From Dimorphilus gyrociliatus (Eukaryota > Animalia > Annelida): DNA of 64,000 nucleotides. Shown here piece by piece: positions 48,336-61,604 of the stretch (positions are counted from its first letter, which is position 1; the number at the start of each line of letters is the position of its first letter). The DNA lies in contig CAJFCJ010000019.1 of assembly GCA_904063045.1 (NCBI GenBank), forward strand, positions 2,920,684 through 2,984,683, read 5' to 3'. The position numbers and the translations under genes are program-made. The notes under the pieces are model-generated. The model made no database searches and was not told the origin of the DNA. It saw only the letters and a list, made by a program, of their open reading frames with translations.

Positions 48336-48588
48336 AAATCATATAACTAATGGGAATTTTAAAGAATGCCTTGACGACTATTTTTTTGTGAAGAATTTAT
48401 AAAAAAGAAAAAAGAAACATAAATAAATTTTTTAATAAGAAATAGTATATTTTATTTAAATCGATATTCTATTATGTTTAAAGTACATTGTAATATAAAA
48501 TCTCAACGAAAGGTAACAATTTTTTCATTAATTAAAACTGTCAAAGCTTTTCTTCCTAAGAAATTATCTAAAAGCAATTCTGAATTGG

Positions 48589-49856
48589 TTATTCAGGTGC
48601 TTCATCAGCCATAGTTCCATCATTTCCCCTCGAACGATTACTTCCACTCGGTAACGTCAAATAGCTGTTAGCAGAAGATAAAGGGATTTCTGGTTCCTGC
48701 GTTGAAGTATCCGTAAGATTCATATCTTTTCTGCATATTGGGCATGTGCCGTGCTATATATATATATATAGACATATATATAGTCAGTATCGTTATTTAA
48801 AAAATGAACTATCAACAAACCAATTTTAACCACGGCATAATACATTCTTCATGATATCGATGTTTGCAAGGCATTGCTTTTGCTTTCTCTTCCAATTTAA
48901 AGGTTTCCCAACATACTGAACATTGGAGGGAATGAGAAACCTCTTCTGAACTAATTTTAACATCTACTAAGGACTTCATTTCATCTTCGGTTGCTGGTGG
49001 AGCTCCCGAACTTTCTAATTGATTTAATAATTGGGTAACGACTGAGTCTATCCCTCCCGGCCCCCAAGCGTAGTCACCAGGATCACCATGAAGGGTACTG
49101 AAAAGTACATAGCATATGTTAATAGTAATAATCGTTATTTTTTCATAGAAAATATATTACTTCAGTGAATTAGTCTACTATATGAACAAGTTATATAAAA
49201 GAAAACTTACTAAGTTCCAGCATTTCCAAATAATCTACCGCCTAAAACGTCCCGTAGCAACTGATCTAAAATGCTGTAAAGTAAATGTCGTTTAGCACAT
49301 AGATGATTACGAATGGAACTTATACAACGTTTCAATAGGCCCATTCGTTGTGCGGGGTCCATGTCTGTTGAGAGGATGACCAATAACAAAGTGCTCTATC
49401 TCATCCTCATCGTCACTACCTTCATTAGATATCTCCATCACACCTTGATCAAATATCTGAAATAGAGAAATGTTAGATTTTATAAGGAAACATACTCTTT
49501 TCTTACATTAAAAGTTGAAGGTCCATCCAACGTAGCACTCGTTCTGTTTTCAAGTAAATTTTACATAAGTAAATAAAAACTATATACAATCTTACGTTTC
49601 AGGATTTTCGATTTCTTCTATAAAGCCGAAATTACAAACGGGACATTGGAGATCCTGGTCAAAAAGAATTAAAGGGTTTGATATGCTATCGTGTAACAAG
49701 TGAAAATATCGTTCATCAGTCAAGTTGCCGTAAAATTAAGATAGAAACTAAAAAATATAATCTAACTTGACTAGATGACTGTGGTGTAATATATCGAGAG
49801 CATTTATGACAGTAAAAACGCTTGCGGTTCGGCCTTGCACGATATCTAGACTCCAT
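48589..49856 (-). CDS. RNF126: RING-H2 E3 ubiquitin ligase RNF115/RNF126-like
   Basis: RFYCHKC..|DLQCPVCNFGFIEEI zinc finger; WGPGGIDSVVTQLLNQLESSGAPPA; CSVCWETF..MPCKHRYHEECIMPWLK..|HGTCPICRK. Confidence 0.92.
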
Positions 49857-50100
49857 TTTGTTTCTGTTGGAGAAAGTTGTGTAAAAGATTGTGATACTTC
49901 AAAAAAAACCTGGTTATAGCTGTTAAAACAAAATTGCTTGTTTTTAAAATAAATAATGATTTATCTATTACATGATGGTTTTGTGACAGTAAAATATTTT
50001 ATATTTAAATGGTAATCAAATTAGCTGGTTATTATTGCTATTATACGATGGTGATTGGTCCATACCAGTTGTTATAGCACAAGAGATTCAGTTTATTTCC

Positions 50101-50115
50101 GTTTCCTGTGGCAAC
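50101..50115 (+). promoter_or_regulatory. Possible RFX X-box in the RNF126/iRhom bidirectional promoter
   Basis: GTTTCC-TGT-GGCAAC, 50 bp upstream of the iRhom ATG. Confidence 0.35.
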
Positions 50116-50164
50116 ACCAAACTTTGTAAATCTTTCACAACTGCGAAACGAGGAAACTTAAGAT

Positions 50165-53100
50165 ATGTCGCGGAATGAGATTGAAATGGATTATCATCCG
50201 AGCTGGAGTAGACAAGCAAGTCGAATGAGTACAAAAACTTCAAGATCCAGTGAAACAAAGCCTCCGATTGGCAAGTGAGTTAAGCGTCGTATTAGTATTC
50301 TTAAAAATTTTTTCGGACCAATTTCAGACGGGTTATTAATGGTATATCAGAGTTTTTTGGAGTAGTTGATACCGATCCCGCGGAAAATGAATCGTGGAAA
50401 AATAGAAAAATTCGATTGGCGTCATCTCATGGTAAACTTGACTCAGGAAAGGGAGAAGATTACCTAAACAAAGTATAATTTTATTTCAAATTGCGATGAT
50501 TCTCCCATATTGTATTTATTCCCCCAGGGATATTATGATACTACGGACAACGTATTTTTATCTTCTCCTACATATAATAGAGATATTAGCAGAAAATCTG
50601 AAGAGCATAAAGTTTATAGAGGAATTTCCACAGCATCAGGCACTTATAAAAGATGCTTATCTTCCCAAAAACAACGTCGTGGACGCACAAAAGAGTCAGT
50701 TCTTAAAATGACTGTAAATGGTATACGGAATTTGACGGTAATTAAAATAATTTACAATTTATTATTTTTAATTTATCATTTTTCAGACTCCCGTAAAAAA
50801 GTCTGAGAGGAAACCGCGTATGCATAGCAGGAGCTTTACACCTGCTAGCTTATCATCATTTCATGAAGATTATCTAGTGGTAAATTGTTTTATCTTAGCA
50901 AAACTGTATTATACTAACATCTTCTTATTTAGGACTCTGAAAAAAGTCGATTATCAATTACCGATGCCCTTTTTGAGGATGGGTTTTTCAGGGTTGCCAC
51001 ACCAACGTCCCCCCTACCTACAAATACTTTAAATCAAAAAATTTCTTTTCAACCAAAGACCATTCCAAGGAGGGGAGAAGGAGACGTCGTCGACAGTGGA
51101 GGATCTCGGCTGATAGCTCCCGAAGAGTGAGAGATCGGAAAATTTTCAAGATAAAATTGCAAATATAACTTTTTTTTTAGAGCTCGCCCAGTTAAAGCGG
51201 GATGGCAAATAGGAAGATCAAAACCTGCAGACGTGCCTGATACCCCTTTTGACTTTGTGGATAGTCCTTTTGCCGAAATGAAAAAAATTACAAGCAACAT
51301 GATGGATAGCGCCTTAAAATCAAACGAAAAAAGGTCTGTAGGTGTTGGCTTTGTTGGAAGATGTTTTGGCCGAGAGTATAAAAAAGGAGTTGATCGAAAT
51401 GAAGATATTAGAAAGCAAATTGATGAAATGGATTTATACAGACCTTATTTTACGTATTGGGTGTGCACCGTGCAGATATTAGTATTGTAGGCTATATAAA
51501 TTGATTTCAAGTAGCGAATACTAATAAAAGCTTTTTATTCAGCATTGTTGCTGTATCTGTGTATGGATTTGCACCAATTGGTTTTTCAGAAAAAGAAATT
51601 AAAGGAGAAGTATGTATCTATAAGCTTCATATAGCTATTCATCTAGTTCCTTTACCAGGTTATAACAGTAAGCTTAGCGTATCATCAAGTTTCCTATTTC
51701 GAAAAAGAAAACTTATGGATTGGTCCTAGAACGGTAAGAAAATTATTTTAAATTTCAGTGCAGATATCTTACATGTTTTGTTTCAAATAGGCTGATCTGA
51801 TTCATTTGGGATCGAAATATTCACCCTGCATGAGGAAAGATGAGAGTATTGAAAGTGGGATAAATAAAGCTAGAGAGATAGAGAAGAACACGGCCTGTTG
51901 TATCAGAAATGACGGTATCTAACAAGATATATTTTCAGCTTAATCAGTTCAAATACTGAATTTCACATGACAATTAGATTCTGGATGCGTCCAAACCGAT
52001 GAAGAGTCTTGCTCCAATATTCTATCATCTTGGCAAAAATGGACTAAGGATAAGCCTGGAAGTCAAGGGCTTACTTCTGGTTCCGTGTGTGGCCAAGATC
52101 CAGAGTATTTATATCATAATTATAATCCACTCCTTAATAACTTTCTTATCTATTTGCGACAGACTTTGTGACGACCCAGCCTCCAGTGGATCATTTAAAT
52201 GGAAAGATGATATCACTACCTGGCCTGTAAATTGATTGACTCTAGATATGAATAATAATAATAATAATTTTATCATATTTATATAGATTTGCAAAAGTAC
52301 TCGAAACGCATCCAAATCGGATGCAACAAAACGACATATGACTTGCGGACTTGTTGGTCGTCCTTGTTGTTTAGGAGTTAAAGGAAAATGTATGATAACA
52401 ACAAGAGAGTATTGTGATTTTAAGAGAGGATACTTTCATGAAGAAGCTACTCTTTGTTCTCAAGTGTCTTGCATGAATGAAATATGTGGTATGATAGATT
52501 TTTGGGATCCTAACAGACCGGATCAGTTTTATCGATTGTTTACATCTCTCTTTCTGCATGGAGGGTTGGTAGAATTTACATTTTTTACTTAAAAAGCTAA
52601 GTTGATTTTTTTTCGCTCAGAGTGGTTCAGCTTATCATTACTCTTTTGTTTCAATTTTTTATTATGAGAGATTTAGAAAAACTCGCTGGTTGGTTAAGAA
52701 TTGGTATAATTTACATAGGATCTGGTATTGCAGGATCTTTAATGTCTGCAATATTCTTACCCTATTATGTTGAGGTTTGTTACCTAATATATTAATATAA
52801 AAAGAATATATTACATATTACTTATTTCTCTTGTCAGGCTGGACCTTCCGGCTCCCAATTTGGCCTTTTAGCTTGCCTTTTTGTTGAAGTTTTCCAATCT
52901 TGGCAGATTTTGGCAAGTCCCTGGAAATCGTTGCTAAAACTGGGGTTGATTTTATTAGTACTCTTCATTGTTGGCCTTCTCCCTATGATTGATAACTATG
53001 CCCACATAGCTGGTTTCTTTTTTGGGCTGTTATTAGCGTTTGCTCTATTGCCATATCTTAAATTTGGAAAATTTGATAAAACGAGAAAGTTAATAACAAT

Positions 53101-53269
53101 AATCGTATCTTTACTTATAGCGATAGGTTTATTTGTTCTTTTAATCATACTTTTCTATGTTATACCTATATACGATTGCAAATATTGTCATTATTTCAAC
53201 TGCATTCCATTTACAAGCACCTTCTGTAAAAATCAAATTCTAAGCAATGAAACTGTTGTTAATGTCTAA
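50165..53269 (+). CDS. RHBDF1: Inactive rhomboid (iRhom, RHBDF1/2)
   Basis: [31 protein letters not shown], Cys-rich iRhom homology domain ([26 protein letters not shown]), [24 protein letters not shown] (the GPx pseudo-active site), DNYAHIAGF. Confidence 0.93.
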
Positions 53270-53618
53270 ACTTTTTAAACTTTCATTTTTATGTTTCTTT
53301 TCAAAAATTTATTTGACTTTACATCAAGTATACTCAATTTTTCAGAGCTTATTTTTAACTAATCCTGCTCAATTTTAGGTTGCTGTAACATTTACTTTTA
53401 TTCAATTAAGTCTTGTTTTTTATTTGCTACATGTTAATACAGGATATAAATCATTCTAATAATATTGTATTGATCGGGAATTTCTCTTATTTCTCATAGA
53501 ATTTTCAGTGTATTCCATAATATTTTATAAATAAACAAAAAAAGAGCGCGTAGTCAATCTACGAGTCACGTGATTTCTAGAGTAACGCCCTCTTTATTGT
53601 GAGTTTGTGTATACAAGA

Positions 53619-56455
53619 ATGTCCGTCTCTGAAAAAGTGCCATTTGAAGAATTAGCCGGCTTATTAGAGAAGATCAGCCGTAAATCGGGTACAGAAACAA
53701 AGAAGGACTTATTAAGATTGTTTTTTGAGAAATGGAGAGCGTCTCACCAAAAAATTCATGAAGATGATAAAGATTCGGTTATAGATTTAATTTTTTTCTA
53801 TTTCTAGTCTATAAGTTCAAATTTATCAAATATAGAAGGATTCAGTATACCCAGCTATGCGTCTGATGCTACCCCAATTAGAACGAGAAAGAGATGCATA
53901 TGGTATGAAGGAGCACACTTTAGGGAAATACTACATCGACATTCTCGGTTTGGGGGGAAGTTCTGCTAAAAAATTACTGAATTATCGAGCTCCGACGAAT
54001 AAAAAGGGTACTCAGGATTCATCTGGAGACTTTGCCGCAGTTGCCTACTTTATATTAAAAAGTAGATTACCCGAAAAGGGAGACTTAAGCATTAGCGAAG
54101 TGAACGATCAGTTGGACAAAATATCACATGGCCATGCCAATAAAGAAAAATCACAAATTAAAAATGCTTTAACATTCCTATTAACTCACACATCGCCTTT
54201 ACAACACAAATGGTTAATAAGGATGCTTTTGAAAGATATGAAAATTGGAATGAGTCAGACAACTATTCTTAACGCTTATCATAAAGACGCCGATGATCTA
54301 TTTAATGTTAAAATGAACCTTCGAGAAGTTTGTGAATTGCTACGTGAACCGTCGAAACATCTTCATGAAATTGAAGTATCACTTTTTGCTGCTTTCAGAC
54401 CTATGTTGGCAGATCGTGCTCAGCCGCAAAATGCTTTAGAATCTTTAAATACACCCTTGTACTATATTGAAACAAAATACGACGGAGAACGAATTCAGTT
54501 GCATAAAGACGGAGATGAATATCGATACTTTTCACGTAATGGGCACGATTACACTCTAAGCTTTGGTAAAACTCCCTACGATGGATCATTGACTCCATAT
54601 ATATCTCACTGTTGGCCTGATGATATTGAGACTGTTATTCTTGATGGAGAAATGGTAGGCTACGACTCCACGACAAAAACAATTGGATCAAAAGCGGATA
54701 GTTTTGATGTGAAATCAGCATCTGGTGAAGGCGACTTATATCCTTGCTTTGTAGTATTTGATATTCTTTTGAAAAATAAAAAGGTTCTAACGAATCTTCC
54801 TTTGAGAGAGAGAAAAAAGGAATTAGAAGGAGCCTTCTGTCCAATAGACGGACGTATAGTGTTGACAGTTACAGCTGAGGCGACCTCGAATAATGAATGT
54901 ATAAAGGCGCTGAATGATGCTATAGATAATCGCTACGAAGGGATAATGATCAAGTCACCAGAATCTGTTTACAAGCCCCACTCAAGAAAAGCTGGGTGGT
55001 TTAAAATCAAGCCTGAGTACGTCGGAGGATTAATGGATGAATTAGACGTTTTAGTTGTCGGAGGTTCATTCGGAAGTGGACATAGATCTGGAATCTTGTC
55101 ACATTTTCTATGCGCCGTCGCCGATACTGAAGGAGTGATAAATGAAAACACAGTTTTTCATTCTTTTTGTAAAGTAGGAAGTGGCTACTCTCAAAAGGAG
55201 TTGTTAGAATTTAATAGAAAAATTAAAGATCACGTCAAAGATGCCAAGAAAGGAATTCCCAGCTGGTTAGAGTTAGCTTCTGGTCGACAAAAGCCTGATT
55301 GCATAATAGAACCATCCAAATCTGCAATTTTACAAATAAAGGCAGCAGAAATAGTGGAATCGGATCAATATAGGACTGGGTGTACTCTAAGATTCCCGCG
55401 AGTGATGAAAATAAGGGACGATAAAAGTTGGACAGATAGTATGACGGTTGAAGAGTTAAAACAACTACAAAAACAAGGAAAGTTGTACGGTAAGAAACAT
55501 ATGGAAGAAGACGACGGCTTAAACTTCGAAGATGAACCTAAAACTAAACGAAGACGAGGAGGTGGTACAAAACGAATTGTTAAGCCTACAGTAGCCGCGC
55601 ATCTGAGAGGTGTTGACGTTGATACCGTGGAAAAGTTGGATGAGCTTCTCCTGGGAAAAGAATTTTGTGTGGTGAACGCTGAAAGGAATCAAAGCAAGAT
55701 TCAATTGGAAAGTGATATTGTTGCTCATGGAGGAACAGCCGTTCAACATCCTGGTGAGAATACATGGTGTTGTCTAGCTGCAAAAACTAGCGTCAGGGTG
55801 AAAAATATGATAGCTAGTAAGCAACATGATATAGTCAAAGTGGAATGGTTATTAAGGTAAGTAATAGCTAAAAAATTTATGATTATTATCTCTAAAATAT
55901 TTCATTATTTTTAGTTGTTTCGAACAACAAAAACTTCTTTCATGGTCTCCTAAAGATATGATTTTTGCAAAATCAATAACCACCAATCAATTAGCAGAAA
56001 GATTTGATGAACATGGCGACAGTTTCACAAGTGACATCAATGATATTGATTGTCTAAAAGATATTTTTCGACAAGTCAAGTCGACTTGCCGCCTGAATTA
56101 TAAGGAAATTGCTGAAGTCGAAGAAGAATATTTTCCTCATGACTGCCGTTACGGACTTTTTCGTCTGTGTACTATTTACGGCGACTCGTACGAAGTTTTA
56201 TCGGATGAAAACACTGCTCGAAGCGAAAGTTCTCTTCCAGCCTACTTGTATTTAGCATCAGTATATGGAGCAAATATATCGAGTCGCCTAGACAAATCGG
56301 TTACACACGTGATAGTAGAAAACGATGATCATTTTAATGATTTGAATATTGTAAATCGATCTAGAAGGCAGAAATTTCGCATAGTAAGAAAAGATTGGAT
56401 CGACGAGTGCGTGAAAGAGGGAAAACTTTTAGATGAATCAAATTTTAAAGCTTGA
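53619..56455 (+). CDS. LIG4: DNA ligase IV, 3 exons
   Basis: RLMLPQLERERDAYGMKE, ETKYDGER adenylation motif, EGIMIK, WFKIKPEY, TLRFPRV, two C-terminal BRCT-like domains. Confidence 0.96.
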
Positions 56456-57091
56456 TATTAAACCAACATACGGATTATTATAATCTATGATTATCTCTCT
56501 CTTTTAAATTGTACAGTATTCTTGTTTAGACTTTATTTTTTTTAATCAAATGTAAATTGCAAATGTTTATTAAAAATTTGAATCAAAAATTGTTCAAAAA
56601 TAGGATTTTTAAAAATAGATCATCTATATATTTTCTTTTTAATTAACGTTTAATAAGCTAAAATTTATTAATTACTTTATTAAGTTATTAAATATACATT
56701 CTGTATATTTCACATACTATTTACAATATACAATATTTATACAGTATATACTGCATTATAGTTAAACGAAAATCTTTATCTTGAGCATTAGGTTACTCAT
56801 TTCTTTAAATGGAATGAACATTTTTTTAATCATTATCTATGAGCTAGAAAAGAATGATTGAGAAGATTATTATTTACTTTTCTTTTTAAGGAAATGAGTT
56901 AAAATTTGATATTAGAGATAATACTAAAGCACTTGAGATGTTGTTAGCTTCGATTAATTCCTTTTTAAAATCAATAAATTATTCATTAACCAATGATTCT
57001 AAAATTGGTATGATTTACCAATCTTAGGTTTTTAATTGTCTCAATGTAAAAAAATGTTTTAATTTGATACTCTCAATTAGATAATTACGTT

Positions 57092-60000
57092 CTATAAGTC
57101 TCGATTTGTACATTTCTCATATTGACAATTTTTCGGCCTATTTTCTATGTCTAAATCGTAATAAATTCTCCCGTCTTCTCCTTTACATGGGAGAGGCAGA
57201 GTTCTAACGTGACTGTAATGGCTACAATAGGCTGTAGGTGGAGCCGTGTTTCTTACTTTCTTTTCCATCCTTTTCTTGACAATAAAGAGAACAATTAGAG
57301 GAATAACGAAGGCTATTAAGACACCTGCTATTAGCGACAGTGTCACTGGTAAATCTCTGTCGAACGCCTTCTCCCACTCGGTAGATCTAGCTGCTGAATA
57401 AGAGAGTTGTATTTATATCAAAGCATGTAATCTACTTCTCTTTACCTTTATAGCAATTAGGAAGAGAGGGTTTCCAGCCAGTCGCAAAGCAAGTGTGGAC
57501 AGTTGTTTGATGAGAATTGGAATTACAAGTCAGTCTTATAGAGCCGTTACCATAATTATAAGTCTTGAATGATGTTAATTGAGATATAGGACAAGCCATT
57601 ATTACTGCAATTTATAATAAACTATTACTAATAATAATATATACAGTACATTTGAAAATGAAGAAAATGGAGACTTTTCTAATATTAAAAAGAGGACATG
57701 GAATATATTAGAAATAAGCTAAAATAGATCACAACTTTTGTCTTTTATTGTAAGCTAATTCATACACGTATTGTCTTTCCAGTTGCCAGAATTTTACTAT
57801 ATGCTCTCTAATCTAAAGCAGCTTTTGAAGATTACTTATCCTTTTATCCCAAGTTGAATAAAGTATCTGAGAAAGTTTAAATGATCTCCCACGAGATTTA
57901 TAACTTTAAGTATTGGAAAAAGTGCCATTGTTAAAAATAATCCAAAAGTAAATTAACTATTTAGCTCAAAGATTCAATCGAAATAGAAAATTTGATAAAA
58001 CAATAAATCAGTTTTGTCTATGAATAAATACCTCTATATAAGATGGTAACGTTCCAATCCTTAACTACTGTGATTTTATGAGATACAGATAGAAAGCTAG
58101 TGGCACAGACGTCCTTTTCATTCTGCCAATTGTCTTCTAATACTCTAAAATTGCATGGTTTGGCTCTAGACACAACAGATAACTCAAATCGAAAACCAAT
58201 TTTCGTATTGAAGATTATAGGGCAGCATGTTTCTTCATTTTTTTTTGGTGAAAGTATTGCTGTTTGTACACCAGTCGGCTCGAGATAATAAGGGTTTCTT
58301 TTGCAACCATGGCAAATATTCCTGTGAATTGCTGAAAAACATAAACGTCAAGAATAATGAGTATGCTCTTTTAAGAAATAAATAAATATAGTAAAAAAGA
58401 AACAGTCTTGAAGGTATATATTTTAGCGAAATAATTACGCCAAACCATCTGTGTATATGTTTAAACAATACTACCTAAAGAATAAGATAAATCTAAATAC
58501 TAAGGAAATTTACGGGGTTAAAACAACCCATTACGAAAAGCTAAATTTTCAGCAACCTAAAACGTCATGATACGCTCTTCTTCCACAAAAGAGAAAACGT
58601 TCTGTTTGTAGTATAACAAAATACCGCATTTGCTCATCGCAATTACTAAATGCAAACAAATATGAAGGTCGAAAAATAACAGTAATTTTATACTAGTAAA
58701 ATGATGTTTCATATCCCATGAGAGACCTGGTACGTCAGTTTTAGTTTGATAAAGATATGCAATATACTCTATGTGCATAGCATATATACAGTATATATAC
58801 TGTATAAGTTTATATGCAAAGCAAATAGAATGTCTGGCTCAGGTATGGGCAATAGTTTAATATTCGTAAATGAAGATATGATAAAAAATACCCCAAGGCA
58901 CTTTCCTTCGCTTGATATAAATCCTTTACTCTATTTATTGTTAAAGACTTAATGTACTTTATTCAGGTATTTCAAACCGTATTTATATCATTAAATGATT
59001 TTTGTCTTATATTTAATTCGACTTCGACTATAGAAGTAAAAAGCTACACACTTGTTACTGTAAGTACCAATGTTTCCATATCCATATAGTTTATGAATTA
59101 TTCAACGCTCAATTAACAGCTACCAGACGTTAATTTTCATGACTTTCTCAGTATACAACAAATATAGGATAGGATTATAAGAAGTTTTACCTTTTACACA
59201 ATCGTAACCAATATCCAGGTAATTTTTCAGTTCGTTATTCTTGCAAGGTTTCCTTCCTTCCAAGTGACCGTCAGGAATTAGAAATTTACAGGTAGCGTTC
59301 CCGTTGCATTTTTTCTGATAGTATTCCAAAGCATTGACACTACAGCCAATATGACCCATCGTCTCTTCCACGCAACTGCAATGATATAAAGAAACACTTT
59401 AATGTTCGAATTTTCAAAGAGTAAAAGCACTACTGTATTTTATTCTGTACTTTGTCTTTTATTGAGCAGAGAGATTAAAAATTGCTTATAATTTACTAAG
59501 TATTGAACAATCCAAAGTGAAAATTATACGATTTTCTCTTGTCTCTTTTATGTCCCCAAATGCCCATTCAATGTTTGCACTTACTAATGGGAACTGATAA
59601 CGGGTCGCCTGGGTCATATTTTCTTATTTATATAGACGTTTTATGCCATTTACTAAATTCTGAATACGTGGAAAAGTTCGTATTCCACCATGCAGAATAT
59701 TCTGCAATACTACTGTATAAATAATTATGTCATCTGGAAAAGTTCTCTATCGTTTTTCCGACATTTCTGGGCCTATGTAGAAAATAGGTAGCACATTTTA
59801 ATCTCTTGAGAGAAAGTAATCCCTAGTGAAACAGAGATCAAACGTTAAGTTTTATTATAATATTCTTTTATTTTTTTGTCCATAATTCAAAGCGGAAACG
59901 TAATTTGGTAGCAAAAGCGTATTTATTATCTATTTATAATGGGATATCCCCTTTTTAGCGTTAATTGATATTATAAAAGTAGCACATATTGAGCTGGTAG

Positions 60001-61604
60001 ACGTAATTCTTAGACCGGTTCAATTTCTCTATTAGATCAACTGAAAAATCTATGCAGAACACTTTATCTCTTTGTTCTTTTTTGTAGCGTTTTTTGTTTC
60101 TTGAATAATACCAAGTTCTCTCCGTATTGTAACTATGTTTTCAAGATCTGTTAGGTTGGCGTGCTTATATTAGATGTAAACACGATGTCGTGTTTCTAAC
60201 TTGTTTAGACTAACTCTGCTATAGATAAGTCCTGTACTAAATAATTAGTAACCGAAAAGGCATCTGCTCAATCCCCAAGCTTTTGGTGAGTAAAGCCAAA
60301 TCATTATTTTTTTTTGTAGTACAACAGTTAGATATGTAAAATATGTTTTAAAATGTACTATAGCTTTTTAATTGATTTGGAGCATTCTATTTCAGACTAA
60401 AATACCTAAAAGAAAGAAAAATCATGATGCATCAATGACTAGAATAAGTTTCATTTTACAATATCATTGATTTTGTTGCACCTGTCTTCAGTTACTGAAA
60501 AGTAATTACAGTTAAAGGCGAATTATGACTTTTTACATTACATTTTTTCACTTTTTTTTACAAAAAAAGAGATAGATAATTCTTTTAATTAAAAGGTGTA
60601 CTTCATCATTTCCTATTTTGAATGAGTATTTTTATAATGATTAAACAAAATACGGATATGTTATTATATTTAAATATTCTGCTACATTTAACTAGGCAAT
60701 ATAAAGATTTGATCAATCAAATCCTATTAAATATACTAATTTAATTATAATAATTTCATTGATGTAATTAGTTAGTTTATTTTTTTACTATTGGCGTGTG
60801 TTGAATTTTCCCTCGTAAATTCGATAAAGATGAAAGTAGTTCATGCTTCTTTGTTAAAGAGCACGATTAGATTTTTCTAAAGCTTTCAAGAAAAGAGACC
60901 CAACTATACTACTATAGGCCTTTGAAAAACTGAAAATTTTAGTACAAAAGCGATATATGATAGGGAAAAAATGAAGGAAAAAGAAAAATTATGGAAATCA
61001 TTTCCCTTCCATTGGCGTAATAAAAATGTGTGTAATTTCTCATCACTGGATATTCTTAAGAATTTATCTCGATGGAGCAAACAGAATTCCCGTGAAAAAA
61101 ATTATGACTAATAGGAATATTTTCACGATCTTTTTAAAATATTCCCAACTATCAAATAGAATAAAAGATCTAAACGTATGACGTTGTTATCTGTTTGATC
61201 ACTCTTAATCAAATCATTAATTTTTATTTCAACCTTAATTAAATTAGCCATTTATTTCAGTTCTATAAGAATTTTTCTATAGACTATTTTTGGAGAATTA
61301 AATATTTTTATATTATTCTAACATCCAGAACAGTTTTTTCATTAATTTGAAAAGCCCAAGTAAATGCCTAAGAAAATTAATAGCTCCCAGCAGATTAATA
61401 TTTTAAATTTATCATTTCGTAAATGAAATCTCGAATTTTAACGTTTGCATTTTCACTTAGCAGAGAATAGATATGAAAGTACTAACTTTCCCACTCGTTC
61501 TCGACCATAGAAAGCTCTTTTTACAATGATGATATGGCCGCGAGAGCACGAGATACTACGCTTTTCACCGTTGATTGCTGTACACAATTCCTCGTTTACC
61601 AAAG
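57092..61604 (-). CDS. Type I membrane protein with SUEL/Gal-lectin, degenerate CUB-like and sushi-like domains; signal-peptide exon not located, middle exons uncertain
   Basis: Exon 61604-61487 (ELCTAINGEKRSISCSRGHIIIVKRAFYGRERVG) joins in phase 2 to the exon near 59380 (NCVEETMGHIGCSVNALEYYQKKCNGNATC..PC..YLDIGYDC); CUB-like exon near 58040-58320; sushi-like exon near 57450-57590; TM LIAGVLIAFVIPLIVLFIV followed by KKR. Confidence 0.7.
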
